A model generated the notes under the pieces. That model saw nothing but the letters and a program-made list of their open reading frames with translations. It was not told the origin of the DNA and did no database searches. Shown here piece after piece: positions 24,991 through 37,400 of a stretch of 64,000 nucleotides of DNA. Within the stretch, counting starts at the first letter, position 1, and the number at the start of each line of letters is the position of its first letter. This DNA is from Lama glama (Eukaryota): contig CM052818.1 in NCBI GenBank assembly GCA_028534125.1, forward strand, positions 11,472,001-11,536,000. Reading direction: 5' to 3'. Made by a program: the position numbers and the translations under genes.

Positions 24991-25894
24991 ACAAACCATG
25001 AGACAGTCCTGTGTATCTCAGTGATGTTTGTTATTGGAAGTACAATAGATGATGTTGGAGAGGTACCTACTTATGTTTTAGGAATGGAGTTTGAATGGGT
25101 ATTGATCCAAGCAATGGCCCTGGAACTCCCTTTTTGAAATAGCCCCAAATGCCATCTTGCCTTCTGACTATGACTCTCTGTGTCTAAGTTGGAATGTGGC
25201 AAGTGGAGCCATGTGAGTCCCATCAAAATTTTCCTGGGCTAGTCCTTCCAAGCCATCGGAAGATATTCATTTTATCTATTACACTTTGCACACATTTTTT
25301 ATAATCCTTATGTCTTTCGCTTTTTACCAGAGGAAAACAGGAATCTGTAATATATAATGACTTATAAGATAGACCTAGATATGGTATGTTTTTCTACAAA
25401 TCATCACTTAGAAATATTACTGCTTAGCATCACATAATGATATCTTATGCCTTGGAAGATCATAGTAGAAAAGTGAAAAAAGAGTTGTTTACCAGGCCCT
25501 CCACAAACATGCACAAATGTGTGCAGCACCAGAGATGCCCTGTGCTTTCTTCTATGGTTTCCTGTGGGTAGATTCTGCTTACCCTGCCAGTATAGTGTAG
25601 TTCTAATCTTTGGTATCTTCAGCCCTGTGTCACTTCTGGGTTATCTTCATCCTCACTGTTGACTTTAATAATCACAACCACTGTTGATAGCCATTAAATT
25701 TTCATGCTTTTACTCTGTTCTCCCTTCTCTTCCTCTATCCTTTCCACAATCCACCTTTATCTCCAACACGTTTGCCAATTGCGGGAAGTGGCTGACCTTC
25801 TATGAGCACCTCTCTGCTTATAAGGAGTGTCTTTGGAGTCACTAGGGTTCCAAACATCGCCTGGGACAGCTTGGATTTTAATATAGTAATGAAG

Positions 25895-26110
25895 GTAATA
25901 GCTCTCATCTATTGAGCATTTACCATGTGCTCAGCAGTGTCCCAAGAGCTTTATATACAGATCTATCTGCATTATAACCCTATGAGTTAGGTGCCATGAT
26001 TACCTCACTTTACGGAGGAGGCCCCTGAAGTAGAGACTGGTTAGTTTGATTAGTTAATTTTCTCTGAGTCATCCAGCCAATAAGTGGTTGAATAGTGTTA
26101 AGCAACTCTC
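25895..26110 (-). mobile_element. MIR SINE
   Basis: tattgagcatttaccatgtgc...aaccctatgagttaggtg...cactttacggaggagg. Confidence 0.7.
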
Positions 26111-27961
26111 ATGTCCTTGATGAGTTTTCTGCTTTGGCTGTGTCACCATTTATTTGAAGTCTGCAATAGTCTTTCTCCCAGCTAAGCAGTCCTCATTATT
26201 ATCATCTTAACTATTCTCCTGTTAAGCTGGGTGGACTTCTTTAAGTGCACATGTTATGAGTTCCGAAAGCCACCACTGAACTTGCCCCCTGATGGCATCC
26301 AGATCTGTAGTTTTAGTCATCCTCTTGAAGTCCACCACCCGCCACCCCCAGCAGATCATCTTACACATAGTGTATGATTCCAAAGGTTTGTGTTAATTAG
26401 CTGAGGACTCCAATGATGATTCTGAAATAATAAAGTCCATTGTATGCAAAGAATTTTGTTATAATGTCTCCGAATTAATTTGACAACACACATAATGAAC
26501 CAATAAAAAAAATTAAACCTTTTTAAACCACACAAAATGAAGGAACTTGATAGAAAAACTCAGAAGTATTCAGGCAAATAGTGTAGTACAAGTGAGTGAC
26601 AAGATGGTTAAGAACACTAGATCTCTTTTTAAATATTTACGACTTTCCACTGAAAATACAGAAGAAAAATGGTGACTTTTAAAACATTTGGAAATGAAAA
26701 GGAACAAGAAACTAAAAATTTCCTAAAATCATACGTGTCCTATGTCATGAGATTATGTTTGAAGACTAAATCAAACAATGCACATAAAGTACTGGTCACA
26801 GTAGCTAACATATTGTTAAGTATCAGGGAAGTGTCATTACTGTCATCACTTTCATTTGTATTTCTTGATCAGTGATATTCAAATTTCTTTGTTTCAAGTT
26901 GTTGCCCTTTGCCTATTTTCTATTTGCTTATTTAATTATTTATCTATTTTGAAATACATAAATACAATTACATGATTCACACACTGAAATTTATAAAAAT
27001 GTACCAATGAAAGATCTTTTTCCCACCTCTATCCTGCATTAGACGAGTGACCATATCCCCAATTAGGTTACCACTCTTCTTTGTTTTATATTTATACTGT
27101 CAGAGGACAATAGTATGGACGTATGGACATGCAAGCCAAACACACACACACACACACACACGAGTATGTACTATATATACATAAAATTTTCTTTTTCTTC
27201 TACACAAATCATATCATACCATATACATTTTTATATGTCTGCCTAATTCCTTCTCATTGGTCTTCTTTTTCATAAATTTCCTGGATATTCTTGTTGACTT
27301 TCATATGAATTATACAATCAACTTGTCTAGTTTCGGGGAAAAAAAGACTTGGTATTTTTATCAGGATCATGTTAAATTTATAAGTAAACTCAGGAAGGAT
27401 TAGCATCTTAATGATGTTCAGTCTTTCTATCCAAGAACATGCTATGCCTTTCCATTTGTTCATACAATCTTTTGTGGCCTTCAAAGTATTTTTAAATCTT
27501 CTTCACATAAGTCTTACATTTCTTCTTAAGCTCATACCTATTAATTTTATTTTTATTATTATTGTAAAACAGGTCATTTTTCCATTATACTTTCTAATTT
27601 GTTGTTTATTAATGTGAAAACTATTGACATTTGTATATTAACTTTGTATCCTGATACCTGAATGATTTTATTGTAGTACTTTTAGTTGATTTTCTTGGTT
27701 TTCAAAGTTTTTAATTATATCATTTGCTTAATAATACTTTTACCTCCTCATTTTCAATTTTTATTCTTTTTATTTCTTTCTCATTGATTTGCATTGGCCA
27801 GTTCACCTAGTACAATGATAAATATGGATGGTGGAGATCCTGTCCTTACTTCTAATAAAAACAGAAATGCTTCTAACGTGTTCCCAGAAAACATGATGAT
27901 GAATTTTGGTTTGAGATGGATATTTTCTTTTATTGAGTTTTAAAAATCTAGAGTGAATGAA

Positions 27962-28298
27962 AAAACAAAAACAAAAACAAACAAACAAACAAAAACAAAG
28001 CATAAATACAGGACAGAAATAGACTCATGGACAGAGAATACAGACTTGTGGTTACCAGGGGGGTAGAGGGTGGGAAGGGATAGACTGGGATTTCAAAATT
28101 GTAGAATAGATAAACAAGATTACACTGTATAGCACAGGGAAATATACACAAAATATTATGATAAATCACAGAGAAAAAAATGTGACAATGAGTATGTATA
28201 TATCCATGAATGACTGAAAAATTGTGCTGAACACTGGAATTTGACACAACATTGTAAAATGATTATAAATCAATAAAAAATGTTAAAAAAAAAGAAAA
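27962..28298 (+). mobile_element. Young 5'-truncated LINE-1 3'UTR
   Basis: agactcatggacagagaatacagacttgtggttaccagg...aataaaaaatgttaaaaaaa; ~20-bp TSD aaaaat(c/t)tagagtgaatgaa at 27942-27961 and 28299-28318. Confidence 0.92.
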
Positions 28299-28504
28299 AA
28301 AAATTTAGAGTGAATGAATATGACTTTTAATGTCTGTGAAAATGGTTATATAATTTTTCTTTTCTTAATATTATATTATTATATATCCTAATATTGAACT
28401 GTTCTGATCATACGGTACAATTCTTTTAATATGTTGCTGTATTCCAAATGCTAATATTTATTTAGAATTTTTGTATGGATATTCTAGAGAGACATTGATC
28501 TAGA

Positions 28505-28670
28505 ACAGTGATTATTCAATTCGACTATGTTTTACAATAGAGAGTTTTAAAAGCACCAACAAACCAATACTGACCCACTCTCACCATGCACCAACCAATT
28601 ACATCAGATTTTATGAAGGGGTAGCCTGGGTATCTAGGGAAGCTAATGAAACCAGGTCTGAAAAAACTGG
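28505..28670. mobile_element. MER5-like hAT-Charlie element
   Basis: cagtgattattcaa...ccaattacatcaga...ggtctgaaaaaactgg. Confidence 0.5.
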
Positions 28671-30065
28671 TACATCATTTCCTTCTTTGTATAAAGTCAA
28701 ACATTGTTATTGTTGCTATTGTAAAATTATTGTGATGCTCACTTCTTAAAATATTTTGGAATTTTTCCTTTTACCTATTATCTGAATAATTTAAACAGCA
28801 TTGGAACTATCTGTTTTTTAGAAATTTGGTGTAATTCTCCCATAAGAAACCATCAAAGCTTGGTTGGTTGGGGATTATTTGGGGGTAGGGGTGGAGAGGC
28901 AGAGGTGGATAACCAAAAATGTTCTCTATTTCTTCTATGGAAAAATATGTTTATACTTCACACTTCTTTTAGAGTCAATTTAAGTAAGTTATTGCACCTG
29001 AATTTTAAAATTTATTTGCAAAATGTTAAGTAGTCATATACTCTCTGATATTTTATTTTCCTCAATTTTGTAGTTATTCTACTTTCCCTATTTTGTGAAT
29101 TGCATGTTAGGCTTTTATCTTTAATAATTTAACTAACAGTTTAAGCATATAATTTTTGTTCCTTGTTCTCAATTTTTTAACTCATTTATTTCTACAGTAC
29201 TTCTTACATTTATTAATGTTGCCCCTTCTTACATCAGATAATTAATTTTTGTAGTCTTCTTTATTTACTTACACAAGAACTTAAGGCTACGAATTTTCTT
29301 TGAGCATTGCTTTAGATACAGCCTCTCAGTTGTCATAGGTACTGTAGTGTAGTTACCATTTTTTTTATATTCTGAAATTTGTTTACATTTCCACTTTGAT
29401 CCCAGAATTGAGACATTTTCCCCTTGGAGGTAGGGAATTTTATTTATTTTTTTGATTTTGTTCACAATTTTAGTTTTGCTGCTTTGTGATCAGAAAATGT
29501 TTGATTTGCTATTTATACATCTGGAGACAATTGTGGTTTCTTTGGCTGCAAAGAACGTGATCAGGATAGGGGTTCACGGTTATTGGAAAATCACATTTTC
29601 GCTCTACTTTCGTGGAATAGAACTTAATATACAACACACAAATCTACATTATTATTTCAGTCTTCTGCATATCTACTTTTTGCACTTCATCTAATCATAG
29701 ACTGTAAGAGGTGAAGTATTAGTGTTTCCATTTCCCTTTGCAAGCCCTTTATTTTTTTATGTTGATACTATCCATGGTATTGGTGTATAGAAAATTATTA
29801 TATCTTCATTGCAGATTTCATCCTTCAGCATTAAAAAGGGGCTTTCTGTACCTTATCTATGTAATGTCTTTGGCCTGAATATTTTTGTTTGATATTAATG
29901 TCATGTTATCATCTATCTTTTCTGTTTACATTTACATGGCATGTCTTTGCCTATCCTTTCAACTTTTCTGAATCATATGGATATATGCATCCTTTGCCTA
30001 TTTCTAACATAAGTAGGAATGCTTCTAATGTTTTCCCAGAAAGCATGATGATGGGCTATATACAA

Positions 30066-30304
30066 TAGTAGTTCTCAATCAGGGATGATTTTGCCCTCCA
30101 AGGGGTTATTTGTCAATGTCTGGGGACATTTTTGCTTGTCATAACTGGGCAGGAGGTGAGGCGCTACAGGTATCTAGTGGGAATAACCCAGGGATGTTGT
30201 TAAATATCCTACAGTGCACGGGACACCTGCCATCCACACACCCACTCAAAGAATTTTCGATACTCATGTTGAAATGTCAATAATGATGAGGTTGAGAAAC
30301 CCTG
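30066..30304 (+). mobile_element. MER20 hAT-Charlie element
   Basis: gttctcaatcagggatgattttgccc...aatgtctggggacattttt...atctagtgg...gaggttgagaaaccctg. Confidence 0.88.
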
Positions 30305-30884
30305 ATACACAGAACGAATGGGTTTGTTCTGTGATCCAACTGGAAATCATTAGTCTTTTAATAGTTGACTTTTAGATGACTTGCATTACTGCTATAATAA
30401 ATATATTTGGTCTTCATTCGGTCATATTATTTTATGTTCGTTTGTAGTTACTGTTTTTAAGTCTTTCACTATGTGGTCTATTTTCCTTTACATGTTCATA
30501 GTTCTTTTACTAGTTAAGAATACGATTTTAAATTTGTTTTAATGATTACCTTTATAGCTATATCTTGGTATAATATCTTTGGTCCTCTAATTTAGGGGGT
30601 TGTATCAAATAGTTTCCTACTATAAGCAATGAAATAGCATCATGTTTTCTCTTCCTTGGCATCCCATCCTGTTCTCCAACAACTTGATTTTGGTCAATGA
30701 CATTACATTTCTTAATATTTACCTTTGTACTACTAAGTGGTTGAGGGTATCTCTACAAGCCGACTTATCAGTGGTAGATAATATTCATTAATTCACAGCT
30801 ATTATAGATGAACAAATAATCACACAGTTTATTTTCCGTCTGCTTTCCCCTCTTAATTGCATTGGTTGTATTATTTTTACAGTG

Positions 30885-31052
30885 ACATACTTGATACTCA
30901 AAGTATGGTCCAGGGACCAGCAGCATCAACATCAGCTGGGGGTAACTAGAAAGATAGAATCCCAGCCCTCACCCAGACCTAATTTTTCAGAATGTGCGTT
31001 TTAATCAGATTCCTAGGTGATTTTTCTGTGCCTTAAAGTTTGAGAATCACTA
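30885..31052. mobile_element. MER5A hAT-Charlie element
   Basis: ctcaaagtatggtccagggaccagcagcatcaacatca...taaagtttgagaatcact. Confidence 0.85.
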
Positions 31053-33584
31053 ACCTATAAAATTTACCTTCTGTCTCTCACTCTACTTTCCATGTTAGTC
31101 TTAATCTTAGTTCTGTTAAATAGATGGAAGTCCACTGCCAGTGCTTTGGCTGTGCTTCTCCAAGTTACCTCTTATTTCTTAAAGTTCATTTTCTAGTAAT
31201 TTCCTATAGAAAAGTTCATTGTAAGAATATACCTAGACTTCTTATATGTTCAAAATAGTTGGTGTATTGTCTATATACTAGGAGGAGAGTGTAACTAGCT
31301 ATAAAACACCTCACCCATATTTTCTTTCTTTAAGTATCTTGTAGATTTAATTGTATTAACATTGGGAGAATGATGATTGCTGTGGAAAAATTGGAGGCCA
31401 GTTTGATTTTTAATCCCTTAAAAATGACAATCTTTTTGCCTGGCTGCTCAAGCCCTATAATTTTGCTAGAATGTTCTTGGTATTGACTGAAATGGGACAA
31501 TTTTCCTGGCACTGGTACCCATTCAATAAATAAATTCATCTTTTTCTTTCAGGAACATTTTCTCAAATTGTATCTCTAAAGAGTTGTTTCATTTCATTAG
31601 TAAAGTGTTTTCTTTCATACAGAACCAAATAACCATAAGGTGGGTCTCCTTTTCATGTCTTCTCTTTCTACCATCTCCTTTCTGATCCTTGTTGTCTCTT
31701 CTCTGTATCTACTTCATTCACTTGTCTTATTTCTACCCTCCGTGTCCTAATCTTGGCTTCCCCAGTGTCTCTGGGCCTTGTAACACTTCCCCGTCCACCT
31801 TCTTGCCTGTATTTCATTATTTTTTCTTTCACTTCTTTCCTGAGCTCTTCAGGATTACTTTTCATTCTTTCTTCTGCCTCACCATTCCTTTCCTGAATTC
31901 TTGCATTTCTGCATGGCGGTTTTTCTCTAAAGAGGTGATTTTTTTTTTTAATGAATGGTATCATCTTTATTCACAATATTCATCTGTCTCAGCAAAATCA
32001 TTCTAGTGAGTATTTTTTGTCAACAAAGGATGATGCTTTTTTCCTCCTTTTTAAATTTTATTTTTTATAGATGCTGTATCTGTTTTGTGTTTTTAAACTT
32101 GTATCTGTGCTTATATGAGTTGGGGGCTTCTGGAAGAGCTGTTTGTAAGAAGTGGCTATAAGTGTGAAGAAATTTGATATGCCCCAGGCTGGCTAGTTTT
32201 TCACAGATTCTCTTCTCAGATAAAGCCAGGCAACTCCCTGCCAGCGTGGCTTGTGTGCAAAATCCATGCCCCTTGGCAGCCTCAAGCATCTTCAGCTTTG
32301 GGGTAAGGAAGACTCTGTCACCTCCCCCATTCAAGCTCTCCAACCCCTCCTTTGAACCCTCTTTGCCGACAAGGAATCCAGCTACTGTCCCTCCGGATGT
32401 GTCCCTGACCGCAGGCAGTATACCGGACAACTATGGCACCTGGTCCTTTTGGTTCTCTCTCCTCCATATACACCCAGACAGTTTCTGTGTGGACACATTT
32501 CCTATTGGCAGCCCTTGCAAACATTCTAGAGTCTGTATTCCAGTTCACCTAAGAATACCAGCTAGGTTTTTGCTTTCCTTTCTCCATGTTGCTTTTTTAA
32601 GTTTCCCAAGAAGACAAAGGAAGAATGTTGAGTTTACAACGTTTCTAGCAAATTCTTCTCTAACTGATTTTGATGAATTTCTTTTTAATATTAAAAGTAA
32701 CACTATCTTTTATAAATTTTTCACATACTTACTTTTTGCCTTTCAGTTTTTTGCATAAATAAAATTTAAATTTCATGTCATCAGTCCTATTTATTTTTTT
32801 ATTTCTCTTTTCTGTGCTTTTATTCTAAAATGGCTTTCTCTATACTAAAATGATAAGTTGGTAACATATCTTACATCTAGATGTTTCTTTTGGATTTATT
32901 TTTTACATTTAAGTTTTCAACTGATCATAAATGTATGTTCACATATTGTGTGAGGCAGAGTTCTAAATTTTTTTTCATTTTAATTATTGCAATTTATATT
33001 ATGTTTAGAGCAAATTTTTCCTACAAATTTTTCAAAATTAATTATCTTTTTCTGTTTAGAGTTTTTTCCTTAAAAAATAATTCCCAGTTTAGAGTTATTT
33101 ATCCTCTATATTCATAGATTAAGTATAGATAACCTCTTCTATTTAATTCATTATTTGACAAATAATAATTACTTCGAAGAAAATACAGGTAGCAGGAGAA
33201 AAATCACGGTGGTGAATGGTTTCGAACTACTTCTCCATCTTCCTCCCTCCCTTGACTTTCATTCAAATCCCAAAACTTCACTCCTCCTTATATTAATAAT
33301 CGTGACTTGGGGGAAAAACTAATACTTTCTTAGTTCTAAAGTAAGTATAATTTTGAATCTCAGTATATTCTCCTAAGCTGAAATAAATTTCTCTAATAAT
33401 TTAAATCCCTGAAAAAAATAGGAGAAAACATTGACTTAAAGGAGGAATGAGTAGATAATAAAGAGAGCTGTGTGAAACACAGATTAAAATATACTAGGTA
33501 ATATTTAATGGGACATAATGGATTGCTGCCAAAATAAACAATGACAACAACAATCATCATAAAGTAATAATAACTGGTCATGGT

Positions 33585-33800
33585 AGTATTTCATTGGCTA
33601 CCATTTATCGAGCTCTGGCTTGTCTAGCATTGTGCAAAGTTCATATAGCATGTTACTTAATTCCTCAGAAATACCTAGGAGGCCGGCAGCTCAGTTCCAT
33701 AAACAGGAAAAGCAGAGCCTAGGGAGGCTAAGAATGTGCCATGGGTTAGGAGATGGGGAAGAAGGATTAAAGATTCCAGAGCCTCTTCACTTAACTACTG
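33585..33800 (-). mobile_element. MIR SINE
   Basis: ggctaccatttatcgagc...cttaattcctcag...cagagcctagggaggctaag. Confidence 0.6.
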
Positions 33801-34114
33801 TTTGCTTGAGGGAATTGTTCAGGGAATCATCTCAGGAAAAAGCTTATCTGGAGAAACTGGCTTCAATGGGCAAACAGATCAGTAGGCAACAACTGGATTT
33901 TCCAGCCAGTCCCAGAGGTGCTCTGTAGGAGGACAGTCGTCACGGGTTACAGAGCCAGCCCTGGAAATCCTCCTCTCTTCTCCTTGCCCAGCACAGTGGA
34001 CTCACTACGGAAAGCATGGCCCCAGGGGCCACAAAGTGTGTTTTTGGAAGGATGTACAAGTTGGGAGTGGTTAATTCAGGAGATCAGAAGAGCAGCAGGC
34101 AGGCTAGTTAGAGT

Positions 34115-34400
34115 GCCATTCATCAGACATTCAAGAAATAATTGTTAAGAGCCTACCCTGTGCCAAACACACTGAGCGTGCTTGGGATTCAGCCACAAAC
34201 AAAAGACCCCTGTCCTCGTGGAGCTTGCATTCAAGTGGGAAGAGAGATACAGAAATAGCAAACAGCCAGTTAGGTAGGTTAGAATGTAGCAAATGCTAGC
34301 TGGGGGGCAGTGGGGGAAGGCACAGGGGAGGTGGGGGAGCGGGGCTGAGGGGCAGGCAGCCAGGGTTAGAGGAGGTCACATCAAAGCAGGCCGTGGAAAG
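34115..34400 (-). mobile_element. LINE-2 3' fragment
   Basis: cattcaagaaataattgttaagagcctaccctgtgcca...cctgtcctcgtggagcttgcattc. Confidence 0.7.
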
Positions 34401-37400
34401 CTCATTCAGATGCCAAGGGTGTTGGAACTGGTGGAAACACTTGCTCTATTCTAATCTCTTTTCCTGTGACAAGTGCTAAATCCTTATTGGCATCGATGTT
34501 ATCATGATCCTCACCATCAAGATATTATTATTATTATTGGCTACCATTTATGATGCAGTTATGACGTGTCAGACACTATGATGCAAACCCTTTTAGAGGT
34601 ATGATTTCATTTAGTTAGCATTCATTTCATAGTGCCTTTTTTATTTCTCTCTAATAAATTGGTACTTTGGTATAATCCTGTCAGGCCACGATAAGTCCCA
34701 CAATCACTTCCGTCATATTCCTCATGGGGCTTTGCACACACTAGGCCCTCAGGCACTGCGTACACAGAGCACAGACGCTCAGAACATATTTGCTGACAAC
34801 TGAAAAATACAGATTCATAGAAAAACAGTGTAAGGACCAAAACTATGGATGGAGAAATCAAATGTCAGGGGCCTGTGTGCACAAGACCAGGAAGCTGCGG
34901 GAAGCAGGGCAGCCTGTCTACAGCAGGAAAACAAAAGCAGAAGCATCACTGACCACCCGTCCTTTGCACTCCCACTTTCCTCCTGTTGCCATTTTCTTTG
35001 CTTTTCCGTCTTCTTCCCCTCCTGCCCCTTTTGACGTTTCACTTTCCAGGGATGCTGCCTGAACCGCTGGCGAGCAGTCTGTGCTCTCTCATAATTGATA
35101 AATGGAGGTGTTTTCCAATAACCTTATAAATCACAGCATGCAAATGGTTACAGTCGGGATGGGGAAGAGGGACTCTGCTGGGTTACAGAAGCCATAAGTA
35201 CCTTGAAAATAAAGAATAACCCTTGCAAAATGACAAAGATAATTTCTTTTAGCATAATTGCCTGTCTAGGTATTAGCCATGAAATTACAGAAGAAGGAAA
35301 AAAAATAACCAAACAACAACAGATATTCCTATTCTAAGAGAACAAAAAAGCACGATGTATTCCAAAACAGTTTGTGATCATTAAATTACATAACCTATTA
35401 TGTTTTATCCCTAAGTGGCTTATTTTTCATTGTGTTTTATCCTGTTTGCCACCTTGAGTTCTCTCAGAAATAGGTAGAATATGAATCTTCAATTAATTTT
35501 TTCATTACATGAGAAAAAAAATCACAAGCCAAAGCCAAAGAGGTCAAAATATAAAATTGCTTGGGTATCTATCACTCTGAGATGTAAAGAGTTAATGTTA
35601 ACTTTTAAAAATATACGGTTTGTATAATTGTTGAATCATTATTTTTGATTCAGCACTTACCATTCATAAGAAGGGCTTCTTCAATTTTGTGAGAAGCTTT
35701 GCTAATTATTAAATATTTCCAAGATTGTTTACAGCCAGGAACTGTGGATTTTTGTATACAGCACGCTATTGTTATGATTTAACCTAAAGAAAGCCAAATT
35801 AAAACTGATTTACTAAATAGGTTAAGGAAGGATAGCATACTTATTCACGATTTCAACCCTATTTCATGCTTAGACAGGCAGATCTTAATTATACACAAAA
35901 GAATACAAATGTTATTAGCATGATAATAATTATTTAGAAGATGTCCTCTTAAAAAAAAAATTAAACCAGTATTGTCATCCGTGCAGCTACATTTTTCAAC
36001 AGAATGACAGCTTCGCTAGTCGTAGATATGTTCAAAGTACATATACAATATTCAAAGCTGTACCGCAGACATGTTATCTGCATGAGCTGGGATACGCAGT
36101 GCCAGCAACGCACTGCACAATAATCATTATGTCCTACTCACGGTACTACATGCAAATCCAATCCTTTGTGACATTTTGTCAAATATTTTGAGGATTCTAT
36201 ACTCCTTATCACACCTCCATCCCTGTGTCCTCAACAACAATCAGGCACCCAGAAATCAGCTCCACGGATGGCACGGGCTCCAGCTAGTCACATGCAGAAC
36301 ACCGTGCCAAATTAAGGAAAAGAAAATTAAAGATTTACATGTAAGTGGTTAACAGGCCAGGCACAGGCGAGGCGAATTCAAGTTTACGTTTACCGCCTTG
36401 CTGAGCTGTGTATGGCAAAGGCAGCCCTGGAAAAAGCAACTTTACCCTGGATTTGTGTAGCAAGAGATGTAAACATTACATATAGTATCCAGCATGTGAC
36501 ATAATGGATAAATCAATTTAAAGGTCCCGCATTTGGAAAACCTACAGCAAGGGTCAATACCTATTGCCAGTGAGCCCCTGTACGATCAGATCGAGAAAAT
36601 GTGGAAATGTTTCAGGGCTCAAGAGTTGGCTACAAGACAAGCAGTGCATTTTTGAACATTGATTTGCCAGAAGTGTATCTGTTGTCTGTTGCTCCAGGCT
36701 GGCATTTTTAATTATTTCTGGGACAAATGGATCCGTTATACACAGAAAATCTGTAGGGCTTCTTGTCAAATTAATAAAATAATAATGAAAGTGGTCATCT
36801 CAGACTGCAAACTGTCAAAAATCCTTGAGAGATCTATAGTCATCTACATGGCTAAGCAAACTAACATGCTCCTTCATGCCATTTTAAATCCTAAGTGCAG
36901 GGACATAAACTAGATTGCGCAGTGTCCATTGTATACAATGACACCTACTGTGACAAAACCCGACTATGTTTAATGACCTTTTTAAATCTTATACCTAGAG
37001 TCCATAAAAGCATTGTAATTCAGTTGTAAAACACACTTTAATAATCAAAATGCAGCTGTTAAAATAGCAACGCTCATAATTCTAACTTGAGGCAAATTTT
37101 TTTGTTTTTAATGCAGAAGAGCAGACCACAGTTTAAAATTCCTATGAGGTCACTATTGGCCATTACAGTGTTTTTTTGCAACTTAATAATAGATGTTTTA
37201 AAGTTTAAGTGCAGCCTCAGGCACTCATAAGCATTTATTACAAATCGCTGGTTGCCTCCCTTATGCAGAGAGGAATAACATTTACATACAGTAGCACGGA
37301 TTAATAAGATAAAAAATTTGAGAAAGCCGTCAGTCAGGGAGCGAAACTGGTGCTAATAAAGCCCACTATATTCTTCGGAAATATCAAGCCGTCTGTTCCA

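Larger units (their letters stand above)
26880..32650 (-). mobile_element. Highly decayed old L1M (ORF2 and ORF1 remnants) with nested insertions
   Basis: ORF 27254-27484 (NKWKGIACSWIERLNIIKMLILPEFTYKFNMILIKIP) is L1 ORF2; ORF 31330-31539 (FKGLKIKLASNFS) matches the L1 ORF1 KG..IRL..DFS motif. Probably several fragments. Confidence 0.75.

Noticed and set aside
32174..32758. Longest ORF (194 aa)
   Set aside because: No recognisable domain, non-ATG start, and it lies antisense within decayed L1 5' sequence.
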